Assembly (NCBI GenBank): GCA_018645475.1
Contig: JABGWU010000370.1
Span: 502 to 64,501 of the forward strand
From: Opitutia bacterium
Lineage (GTDB): Bacteria; Verrucomicrobiota; Verrucomicrobiia; Opitutales; Seribacteraceae
Length of the DNA stretch: 64,000 nt
Direction: 5' to 3'
Shown here: positions 1-8,800 of the stretch, in pieces
Layout of the letters: each line of letters begins with the position of its first letter
Position numbering within the stretch: position 1 is the stretch's first letter
Notes under the pieces: generated by a model
Databases searched by the model: none
Told to the model about the DNA's origin: nothing
The model's input: the letters and a program-made list of their open reading frames with translations, nothing else
Translations under genes and position numbers: made by a program

Positions 1-687
1 ACGAAAATAAAAGTTTTGGGATATGTTTGCGATAATGAAGGACACGTAATAAATACAACTGATTATTCGCTTATTAGTCCCAAAAAAGATACTCGTGGCA
101 AAGCGGGAGCGAAGCTTATCCTATGTGTTGGTACAACAATGAATAGCGGAAAAACTCATGCCGCTGCGGCATGTTGTTATGCTCTTTCATCAATGGGAAA
201 AAATGTCCGAGCAGCAAAAATCACAGGTACAGCAAGCCTCAAAGATATTTTGCTAATGAATGATTGTGGTGCCGATTATGTGGCAGATTTTACTTATTTT
301 GGTTATCCATCTACCTATATGATGGAGGAAAATAAATTGTTAAATATGTTTCGTACCTTTGATCTGAAATATGGTAATAACCCAAGAAATTATATTGTTG
401 TTGAGTTTGCAGATGGTATATTTCAAAGGGAAACCGCTATGTTATTAAAAATGCCAGAAATACAAAAACGCATTAGCAAACTTGTGTTTTGTGCGCCAGA
501 TTCAACCGCTGTATTTGGTGGGCTTTATGCGTTACAAGATAAATTTGGCTTGGTTCCAGATGCTATTTCTGGTTTATGTTCTAGTTCACCTTTGGCTATC
601 CGTGAAATTCAAGAGTTTTCAGATATTCCTATACTTCAAAGTATGGAAAAGAATTATAAAAAAATATTCGAGATCATAGGAAAATAG
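1..687 (+). CDS. DUF1611-like P-loop protein, 5'-partial; probable integron gene cassette
   Basis: Frame 1 is open from base 1. Motifs VGTTMNSGKT (P-loop), AAKITGTA, DFTYFGYPSTY and VVEFADGIFQRET. Immediately followed by an attC site. Confidence 0.7.
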   Translation, partial: TKIKVLGYVCDNEGHVINTTDYSLISPKKDTRGKAGAKLILCVGTTMNSGKTHAAAACCYALSSMGKNVRAAKITGTASLKDILLMNDCGADYVADFTYFGYPSTYMMEENKLLNMFRTFDLKYGNNPRNYIVVEFADGIFQRETAMLLKMPEIQKRISKLVFCAPDSTAVFGGLYALQDKFGLVPDAISGLCSSSPLAIREIQEFSDIPILQSMEKNYKKIFEIIGK

Positions 688-688
688 T

Positions 689-774
689 ACCTAACAATCG
701 CATCCACTCGGACAGAAAAAAGCGCCGCTCGTTCCTCGCTCTGCTTTTTTCTGCCGGTGATGCGGGCGATCCAC
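689..774 (+). mobile_element. Integron attC recombination site with non-canonical R' end
   Basis: R'' ACCTAAC (689-695) lies just after the stop codon. Arm 699-723 pairs perfectly over 22 bp with 743-764 once three extrahelical bases (C705, T708, A712) are looped out. The R' position reads G|ATCCAC instead of G|TTRRRY. Confidence 0.85.
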
Positions 775-959
775 CTGACAAATTAAAGAACATTTACAGA
801 AAGCAAAAAAATGATGGTATTGGAGATGTGATTATTACTGTTAAGGAGTGGAAAGATTCAGAAGGAGACACCAAATCAGATGAGTTAGGTTTTCTCAGAA
901 TTAGAAACCCCAAAGAAGTCGAAAACACCTTAAAAAAAATAGCAGAACTTTGTCGCTAA
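768..959 (+). pseudogene. Headless 3' fragment of a cassette-type gene
   Basis: 63 open codons (DPPDKLKNIYRKQKNDGIGDVIITVKEWKDSEGDTKSDELGFLRIRNPKEVENTLKKIAELCR*) look protein-like. There is no in-frame ATG/GTG/TTG upstream of 768 back to the stop at 657. The fragment begins exactly at the attC crossover G. Confidence 0.65.
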
Positions 960-988
960 TTGCACCGCGTCTGAAGTTAACATTATAC
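942..988 (+). mobile_element. Possible eroded attC remnant
   Basis: GCAGAAC (R''-like) overlaps the end of the gene fragment. It is followed by ...CGCGTCTGAAGTTAACATTATAC, resembling an attC 3' end, 11 nt before the next ATG. The stem is not intact. Confidence 0.3.
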
Positions 989-999
989 CAAATAAAAAT

Positions 1000-1410
1000 A
1001 TGGAGTACAAAGTATTTTACTTGAATTACAAAAACAATGAGGAAATCTCCAGTAGTTCACCTCAAAAAATGACGAAAGAAAATATTTTAAAAAAAATAGA
1101 AATGCTAAATGAGCATAATGATAATTTTTTTGGAATTATTGATTCTAACGATGCAACTCTTCAATTCCGAGCAACTCCAGAATCTAAGGTTTGGGCTGAA
1201 ATTCCCATCCCAAAAGAAAAAGGTAGTTATGGTGCAGAAATTGAATATCAAGAAGTTGTAACCATTCTCAAAGAACTAGATGGTTCTATTGATAAAAATA
1301 ATTACTCAAATTTTGGATTTGATTCATGGGGCAAGACTAACAATTCAATAGAAAATGATCCATGTGCAGAAATAAAGAATGAAAAAAAATGGTGGCAATT
1401 CTTGAAATGA
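1000..1410 (+). CDS. Hypothetical protein, cassette-like
   Basis: 136-aa AT-rich ORF with no obvious promoter space. C-terminal KKWWQFLK is a tail type common in cassette ORFs. Confidence 0.7.
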   Translation: MEYKVFYLNYKNNEEISSSSPQKMTKENILKKIEMLNEHNDNFFGIIDSNDATLQFRATPESKVWAEIPIPKEKGSYGAEIEYQEVVTILKELDGSIDKNNYSNFGFDSWGKTNNSIENDPCAEIKNEKKWWQFLK

Positions 1411-1427
1411 GCAAAGGTATATTCAGT

Positions 1428-1510
1428 AAGTGTAATTGAAGACCAAGCAAAGCTTGGATTCAATTAACTTAAGTCGCCCTGAAAAGTTTTTATTTAAATT
1501 TAAATAAAAC
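1428..1510. terminator. Two hairpins between convergent genes
   Basis: AAGTGTAATTGAAGACCAAGC-AAA-GCTTGGATTCAATTAACTT (1428-1470) and a perfect 22-bp AT palindrome TTTTATTTAAATTTAAATAAAA (1488-1509). Confidence 0.45.
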
Positions 1511-2838
1511 TATGAATTCGTTTCGAACCCTTTTCTTTGTTCGCGTGCTTGCCATTGGTTTGCGTCATCGTCTCCGATCATTTGTTCCTTTTTAGGATTC
1601 CATTTGAGCTTTCTTCCAAGTCGGATTGAGATGTTGGCCAAGTGGCAGGTTGTCATCGCATTGTGATGGCTGTAAACATCTGAAATCGGATCAGAACGAT
1701 CTTTCATACACTCGAAGAAGTTTTCCATATGATTAGTTGTCTTCTTTCCGTTGTAGATATCTAATACAGTTTGGGCTGAAAGTGGTTTTTCCTTCAGTTC
1801 GTCAACTGCCTGACCGGTAAGTTTCGATCGGGTTACAAATAAGTTTCCTTTTGAACCTTGAAAGAGGATTCCATTACCTTCTTCGGACTTGCTGACAATA
1901 TTCATCTCCACCTTCTCTGGGAACATACACTTGATATGAAAGTTGTGAGAGGTATTGTAGTGATTATCTTTGGTAGGCATACCATCTTTGAGAGGAATTG
2001 GATGGTCTCCAGCTATAGGTTCAAGAGAAAGAACCCCCTGCCCCACTCCATTTTGTCCAAGTGCCCATTGGGCGATATCAACATGGTGAGCCCCCCAGTC
2101 GGTCATTTTCCCTCCGGAGTATTCATACCACCAACGGAATTGATAATGGCAGCGCTCTTTAATGTAATCGACCAAAGGAGCCTGCCCTAGCCACATGTTC
2201 CAATCGATATTGGAAGGAGGATCTGATTTTTTGAATGGTCCACCTTGGGGACCGCCACCAATATTACATGTTACCTTTTTGATTTTACCAATTCTTCCTT
2301 CTCGGATAATTCCAATAGCGGTAAGGAATTTCTGCCCCATTTCACTTCTTTGCTGAGTCCCCACCTGAAATACTCGGCCTGTTTCTTTGGTTACTTTGCA
2401 AATTTGCTTACCTTCTTCAATGGTCAGAGTTAATGGTTTTTCACAGTAAACATCTTTTCCTGCCTGCATGGCATGGATAGCAATCCTGCTGTGCCAATGA
2501 TCGGTAGTGCCAATGGTAACAAAATCAATATCTTTACGATCGAGAATTTTTCGATAATCTTGATACCCCTTTGCCTTGCCTTGAGCCAATGATTTATTGA
2601 CCCGGTCAATGCGCTGGGTGTCCAGGTCGCACACGGCTACGATATCAGAGAGTCTTCGTGCACTATTGGCAATGCCAGCTCCTCTGCCTCCCACTCCGAT
2701 TGCACCGAACCGTAAGCGTTCATTTGCAGATTTATCTTGGGCAGTTGCGATAAATGGAAATGTGCATGTTGTGAGAATGGATGCACCTAAGCCTGAATTT
2801 TTGATAAAGGAGCGACGATTTAAATTAGAGGAATTCAT
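1510..2838 (-). CDS. Tat-exported Gfo/Idh/MocA family oxidoreductase
   Basis: NRRSFIK twin-arginine signal; GAIGVGGRG; DHWH; VYCEKP; GTQQRS; DWGAHHVD. Confidence 0.93.
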   Translation of the reverse strand: MNSSNLNRRSFIKNSGLGASILTTCTFPFIATAQDKSANERLRFGAIGVGGRGAGIANSARRLSDIVAVCDLDTQRIDRVNKSLAQGKAKGYQDYRKILDRKDIDFVTIGTTDHWHSRIAIHAMQAGKDVYCEKPLTLTIEEGKQICKVTKETGRVFQVGTQQRSEMGQKFLTAIGIIREGRIGKIKKVTCNIGGGPQGGPFKKSDPPSNIDWNMWLGQAPLVDYIKERCHYQFRWWYEYSGGKMTDWGAHHVDIAQWALGQNGVGQGVLSLEPIAGDHPIPLKDGMPTKDNHYNTSHNFHIKCMFPEKVEMNIVSKSEEGNGILFQGSKGNLFVTRSKLTGQAVDELKEKPLSAQTVLDIYNGKKTTNHMENFFECMKDRSDPISDVYSHHNAMTTCHLANISIRLGRKLKWNPKKEQMIGDDDANQWQAREQRKGFETNS

Positions 2839-2982
2839 AGTATTTTGATAACTAATTTGAAAGGATTAATGCAAAGTGTTTCTAGGAAAAACCTAAAAAT
2901 AAATTTATCAACTCTAGGGCAAAGAGTATATTCAATTAGTAAAAATTAACTTTTAAACAAACAAAAATTGGCTTACTGATCT

Positions 2983-3990
2983 ATGATAAAGAAAATTATG
3001 AAAGTAGTTGTTTTAAAAAAGTTCGGGAGTGCGGAAAATTTTGAGGTGATTGAAAAGCCTGTCCCTTCTTTGAGACCCGGTCATGTGCTAGTAAAAATAT
3101 ACGCTTCCAGTGTGAACCCGGTTGATTTTAAAATCAGACAAGGACTGTTACCCATTGGTCCAGATTTACCTGCAGTTTTACATGGAGACATGTCGGGTGA
3201 AATTGTTGAGGTTGGGCAAGGTGTAACCGACTTCAGGAAAGGCGACTTAGTTTATGGGTGTGTGGGTGGATTTTCCGGATTACCCGGAGTTCTTGCTGAG
3301 TTTGTATTGGCTGATGCTCAGTTACTTGCACATAAGCCCAAAAATCTTAGTTTCGAGGAAGCAGCTGTTCTTCCCTTGGTGTCAATCACATCTTGGAATG
3401 CATTAGTTGACCGTGCCAAAGTTAAAAAGGGGCAAAGAGCGTTGGTTCACGCCGGAATGGGTGGAGTTGGACATATTGCGTTTCAATTGGCGAAGGCGCT
3501 CGGTGCTGAAGTTCATATCACTTGCTCTAGTGAAGAAAAGGCAATCCGAACGAAGGAATTGGGAGTTGATGCGGCAATTAATTACAAAAATCTGGGCGTG
3601 AAAGATTATGTGGAAAGTTATACAGACGGGATGGGGTATGATGTGGTCTTCGATACAGTTGGGGGGAGTTGTTTGGATGATTCATTCTCAGCGGCAAGAG
3701 TAAATGGAACGGTGGTATCAATTGCTGCTCGAGCCTCCCATGACCTAAGTCAAGTGCACATTAAAAGTTTGACGCTTCATGTAGTATTTATGTTATTGCC
3801 CCTAATCATGAACGAAGGAAGAAGACGACATGGCGAAATTCTTTCCGAACTGAATAAACTGATTGAGAACAATCAAATTCGCCCAATCTTGCATTCAAAA
3901 AGTTTTAATTTTGAAGATGTAGGTTCTGCACACAATTGCTTGGAGCAGGGTAATGTTTTAGGAAAAATATCATTAGTTTCCAACTGGTAG
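2983..3990 (+). CDS. MDR-family NADPH:quinone oxidoreductase / zinc-binding ADH-like protein
   Basis: SVNPVDFKIR, HGDMSGEIV, HAGMGGVGH, VVFDTVGG. Confidence 0.92.
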   Translation: MIKKIMKVVVLKKFGSAENFEVIEKPVPSLRPGHVLVKIYASSVNPVDFKIRQGLLPIGPDLPAVLHGDMSGEIVEVGQGVTDFRKGDLVYGCVGGFSGLPGVLAEFVLADAQLLAHKPKNLSFEEAAVLPLVSITSWNALVDRAKVKKGQRALVHAGMGGVGHIAFQLAKALGAEVHITCSSEEKAIRTKELGVDAAINYKNLGVKDYVESYTDGMGYDVVFDTVGGSCLDDSFSAARVNGTVVSIAARASHDLSQVHIKSLTLHVVFMLLPLIMNEGRRRHGEILSELNKLIENNQIRPILHSKSFNFEDVGSAHNCLEQGNVLGKISLVSNW

Positions 3991-4026
3991 GTTCCGCATT
4001 TTAAAAGTTTATGACATAAAGAAAGT

Positions 4027-4055
4027 TTGCCATTAAACCCTTTTTTTAGGATAGT
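4027..4055 (+). promoter_or_regulatory. Putative sigma70 promoter for the structured leader and small ORF
   Basis: TTGCCA-17 nt-GATAGT. Confidence 0.35.
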
Positions 4056-4084
4056 AACATCAGTTCTTTTAAATTTCGCCATTT

Positions 4085-4242
4085 ACCGTATCCAAAGACA
4101 ACCTAATTTAGGTTACCAACCGAGCACGATTGCTGCTACGGTGGTACAAGGTCGATTTACCGGGATGCGCGGTTTTGGCACAACCGAAAATTAGCACTCC
4201 CCTAGCCTGCTAGGAAAAGTGCGTTACCCGAAAGGAAAACGC
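4085..4242 (+). ncRNA. Candidate structured cis-regulatory RNA or ncRNA of unknown family
   Basis: GC-enriched island in AT-rich DNA. ACCGTA/TACGGT closes hairpins AACCTA/TAGGTT and AGCA/TGCT. It is followed by CGGTT/AACCG, GCACT-CCTAG/CTAGG-AGTGC and GCGTT/AACGC, the last covering the AAAGGA RBS. Confidence 0.5.
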
Positions 4243-4245
4243 TCA

Positions 4246-4488
4246 ATGAAACAAAGTATATATTATGAATTCGAGGAATTAGCTCTTCGAATAGACGAGG
4301 ATAACCAAAATCACCACCTTTGGAATAACAATGGAACTTGGTGGATTCATTACACAGTCTATCCCACCGCTGTGACTGCAGAAAGGAAAAGGTATTCTCT
4401 TAAAACAAAAGATGTCAGGTTAGCAAGATTGCGAAGAGATAAGCATTTTAGACAAATTTTATGCAAGGAGCGAAAGTTGGCTGCTTAG
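4246..4488 (+). CDS. Small basic protein resembling an integrase arm-type nucleic-acid-binding domain
   Basis: 80 aa from ATG 4246 (ORF track start 4219 lies inside the leader hairpin). NHHLWNNNGTWWIHYTV...RYSLKTKDVRLARLRRD matches the beta-beta-beta-alpha SL.T.D...A...RD pattern. Confidence 0.75.
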   Translation: MKQSIYYEFEELALRIDEDNQNHHLWNNNGTWWIHYTVYPTAVTAERKRYSLKTKDVRLARLRRDKHFRQILCKERKLAA

Positions 4489-4545
4489 GGAACTGATTTC
4501 AATTATAAAATAGGTATTGCCAGAAAATATTCATAGGTAAATCTG

Positions 4546-5862
4546 TTGAGAATGAAAAGCAGTTTCCGAATTAAGGTTTTACCATATTTCTCTTTTGTAA
4601 TTTTGTCCATAAATGTGTTTCATTACATGATGGCACAACCTAAAGGTTATAATTATGATGAGTCAAAAGTTCCTGATTATCAATTACCTTTGCTTTTACG
4701 GGCTGATTCAGGAAAGAAAATAAGTTCAAGGGACGAATGGAAATCAATTCGCAGACCGGAAATCCTACACCACTTAGAGCAGGAGGTTTATGGTAAAAAC
4801 GAAATTCCACTTGAACAAATTAAAGTTCAGACAAGCTTAATTGAATCCGGTGATACTGAGTATGGTACTCGTAAGCAATACAGGATTGTTTTTTCGAGTA
4901 AGTACAAAGAAGTTGTATTGAATGCCCTAGTATATCTACCGAAGACCATTAAAAAGCCTGTACCGCTGTTTCTTGGGTTAAATTTTAGGGGTAACCATAC
5001 TGTCAGTCCGGATAAAGAAATTATTATAACCAAAGCATGGGTTCGCCCAGGGAAAGGAATAATAAATAATTGCGCAACTGAAGATGGAAGAGGCACCTCG
5101 TCATCTCGTTGGGATATACAGCAAATTTTATCTAATGGTTATGGTTTAGTAACTGCATATTATGGTGAAATAGATCCAGATTTTGATGATAATTTCAAAA
5201 ATGGTATTTATGAATTGCTTGGCTCTAATCGGAAGCAAAAGCCAGACAGTGGAGGTTCCATTGATGCATGGGCGTGGGGATTGAGTAGGTTGGTGGATTT
5301 TATACATACGCAACCTGCATTTGATAAGAACCGAATTATAGTACTTGGGCATTCAAGATTAGGGAAGACTGCACTTTGGGCAGGAGCAAAAGACCAGAGA
5401 ATTGCACTAGTTATTTCCAATAATTCGGGATGCGGGGGAGCGGCAATTAGTCGCCGATGTTTTGGAGAAACAATTAAAAGAATAAATACTTCTTTCCCCC
5501 ATTGGTTTTGTAAAAATTACAGCAAATATAATGAGCAAGAAGATAAATGCATTGTTGACCAGCATTCCTTGCTTAGTCTGATCGCACCTAGACCCTTATA
5601 TGTGGCATCGGCTTCGGAAGACTTATGGGCTGATCCGTATGGGGAGTATTTATCAATTAAAGAAACGATCAAAGTTTATCAATTGTATGGTTATAAATTT
5701 GATAAATATTGGAGCGAAGATATCGAGCATAAGGTTAACCCGGGCACATCATATACAGGTAAAATTGGTTACCACTTAAGGAAAGGAAAACATGATGTTA
5801 CTTCTTGGGACTGGGAGAAATTTATCCAATTTGCAGAATATAACTTCTCTAAATTAAACTAG
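4546..5862 (+). CDS. CE15 glucuronoyl esterase-like (4-O-methylglucuronoyl methylesterase) secreted hydrolase
   Basis: N-terminal signal; NYDESKVPDY; AWAWGLSR; GHSRLGK nucleophile motif; SGCGGAA; DQHSLLSLIAPRP; GKHD. Confidence 0.88.
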   Translation: MRMKSSFRIKVLPYFSFVILSINVFHYMMAQPKGYNYDESKVPDYQLPLLLRADSGKKISSRDEWKSIRRPEILHHLEQEVYGKNEIPLEQIKVQTSLIESGDTEYGTRKQYRIVFSSKYKEVVLNALVYLPKTIKKPVPLFLGLNFRGNHTVSPDKEIIITKAWVRPGKGIINNCATEDGRGTSSSRWDIQQILSNGYGLVTAYYGEIDPDFDDNFKNGIYELLGSNRKQKPDSGGSIDAWAWGLSRLVDFIHTQPAFDKNRIIVLGHSRLGKTALWAGAKDQRIALVISNNSGCGGAAISRRCFGETIKRINTSFPHWFCKNYSKYNEQEDKCIVDQHSLLSLIAPRPLYVASASEDLWADPYGEYLSIKETIKVYQLYGYKFDKYWSEDIEHKVNPGTSYTGKIGYHLRKGKHDVTSWDWEKFIQFAEYNFSKLN

Positions 5863-5898
5863 ATTATAAAGCCGACTTTAGATTTATTTAAATTTAAT

Positions 5899-8800
5899 TT
5901 AAATTTCATAAAGTGATGGGTCAGTACCTAGGCATCCGCGAATTCTTTCTATGGCAACGGGCTTATTTTCGAGTTCAGAAAGAGCATTAATGCAGAATTC
6001 GTACCTTTGTTTTACTGAAAGTTTTTCACAAGAAATTTTATTTACAGGGTCTTTCATAAAATTATTTAAATAATCAATTCTTGATTCCCAATAATTTTGA
6101 GCAACATTAATTCTTGTCTTGAGGCGATCTGCGTACCAGTCACTTTGTAGTATATTTGAAGGATCAAATAATGATCTGAATTCCTGGTCATTAATCCCTT
6201 TTCCTTCCCAATGCCCCTTGACCATAATTGTAAGAAGTGCCTTGAGAGGTGGGCATGCTTTTTCAATCGAATTGTCATCAAAATATCTTTTTGCGACCAG
6301 TTTACCAGCTTCAACTAGGTTTGTAATACTATCTGCATATTGAGCTTCATCCTGTAGTTCTGGTTTGAGCATATCCTCAGGGAAAACAGAAACGGGGTCC
6401 GTAAATATTCTTCCTAAAAATTCATGAGTAAATCTACGAGTAATCCTGTAACCTAGGTAGGATGTTTGAAGTTCTTCTCCTTGGAATGAAAAGTTAGGCA
6501 CTTTTTCGAGGAAACCTTTTTCAATCATTTCTTTGGGGTCATTTTCAAAGTCCCTCAATCGACTCCAAATTTCAGGTATAAGAAGGCTTATATCATGATT
6601 AACTTTATATTTGGGCCCAACATAACCAGCTGATGTTATAAATGCGCCCTGCCCTGTTGATGCATAGGATACTAGGGCTGCATTCAAGTCATGAATGGGA
6701 AGAATTGCATTGAAAGGGCTTTTGGTTAATGCACCTTCTGAACCTGCACCTGTAGTAGAAGGAGATTTTCCAGTAACACTGACAATAAAATCCATAAATA
6801 GTTCGGGTAATTCCAAATAGTGAATCGGTGCGAAGCAACACAACGGTCTAATCCCCTCTTTTTTATTGGAGGGATTATTTCGTCTACCGGGTAAAACTGC
6901 TCGAACAGGATAAAGTACAGTTTTTTCTTTTGGTATATTTCTTTTCAGCCTTGTTCCAACTAATGCTAAATAAACTGAGCGTGGATCAAAAAGATCTGGC
7001 CGGGTTTGTAAATAACGAGGGTTTTTGGTGGGTTTTCCGTCAACGATCCTTGGGTTTGCAGAGGAAACAAAAGAGGTATTTGAATCTTCATTTTCACAGA
7101 CAGTTTCAATAAGCTGACGCATGGGTTCTGTATATTTTTCAAAAGACAATGTATGACTCTTTTGTTCTTTTGCATCATTTTGCGAAAGGGCTTGAAAATT
7201 ACTAATGAAATTTCCAGATTTGGCTAAATCAGCTTCTGTTTGTTTATCAAACCCACGGATAATTGCATCGTCGGGCCTTTGGAATAAACGATATTCGCAG
7301 TTATGGACAAACTTGGCAGATTGATTAAAGTTGCCCACACCAATATTTTCCAAAAGTTTAAGGGGAGCCAAAGTTGAAGCGGTTATATCATCTTCAGCTA
7401 AAATTTTAAAAGCGGGAACAAAATCCTTTCTCAACGCAAAAAGGCGCCAGGAATTCTTTTGATCAAATCCAATTCTTAAGTGCCTGGTAATGAGTTTATT
7501 ACCTTTATACCTTAATTCATTCGCAGGTTGACCATTAATTGAATCGACACTGAATTCCTTCTCCCAATCGTCCGCCCATTCATTGTTATGCCTTCGTTTT
7601 ATGATAAGAATTAAATCTTTTACACGCTGAGGAATCGTGCTCAGCCAGTTGTTAAATTCATCAGTATATAAATTATTAGATGGAGTTAATAATTTAATAA
7701 CGGAACCGAGTGAACGAGAGGGACTTAAAATAGAACGATTTTTGAGATTGTGTTTTTCGGGTTCAATAAACCGATTTGAAAAGTCTTTATTCAAAATACT
7801 TTTTGCCATTTCCAAATCCTCTTCCCAGTCTGCAACGAATACTGGACCACTTACGATCGCATCGTTTAGTGGTTTTGAAATCTCAGATTTTCCACCACCA
7901 GAAACGGTACTTGGTTTGTGACATAGAAATCCTTCACCAACAGTTCCAACCAGTTTCCATGGACCATTGTGTTCAGTTTTTTTCATTTCGACCTTGTATC
8001 CAGATGGTAAGATATAGGCAAAATCTGGTTCCAGAATAATTTTATGTTCTCGCTTCTCTTCCCCTTTCCAAGAAATAGACTGATTACGAAGACTAAAAAG
8101 AGCATTCTCGGGAAGATAAATAATAGATTCAAAGGATTGATCAACGAGGTATCCATTTTCTAAATCACTAAAAGAACGGCCTAGAGCTTCTAGTGTGTCC
8201 TTAAAACTTTGATGCGTTTTAGGCAATATTGCGATTGGGTCAAATTCTTCTCCTAAATCGTAACTAGGAAATACAATAGCTCCACCTGCATGCTCCTCTT
8301 CACTTAGTCCGGATAGATTAGCGGAGAAACTTATTTGAGTCTTTACTTCCTTTTTACAATAACCGAAATAATTATCAGCTAATATAGTAACAATTGATCC
8401 AGATGAATCCCTAAAAGTAAGTTTAAATGGATCGCCTCCGTTATAGGGTTCGTCTGGATCATCAAAATACATTCCATCTTCTATTTGCCTAGGAGTTGCA
8501 TCCTTTTTAGCAGGCAATCTTAGTAATTTCTTTGGTGTTCCCGCTAAATGTGGTGCAACGATTACGCATCCAGTGTGTCCAGTCCAACTTTCAATATCCA
8601 ACCCTGCATCATTTTCTGCTAAAAATGGATCTCCTGCATTTCCAAAAATACTTTCTACAAAATCCAGATTTGCAACACATCCACCGGGTGCAAAGAAACG
8701 TACTTCCATAGATTTTTCTCGGATGAAGCCCTCTACGGCAGGACAAACTACAGGGCGTAATAATAAGGAAACCCAACATTTTGCTGGATTTTTTTCTTCA

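Noticed and set aside
1428-1470. Bulged hairpin as a third intact attC
   Set aside because: There is no RYYYAAC/GTTRRRY pair at the correct positions. Kept only as a terminator-like hairpin or possible remnant.
4148-4205. Minus-strand AGGGGAGTGC...GACCTT resembling a yybP-ykoY Mn2+ riboswitch; TTCGCCAT just upstream (near 4076) resembling a fluoride riboswitch
   Set aside because: Core motifs are incomplete, and the minus-strand orientation points at the 3' end of a convergent gene.
4191-4217. TTAGCACTC, a CIRCE half-site
   Set aside because: The second half GAGTGCTAA is absent at 9-nt spacing and no chaperone gene follows. The bases are better explained as part of an RNA hairpin.
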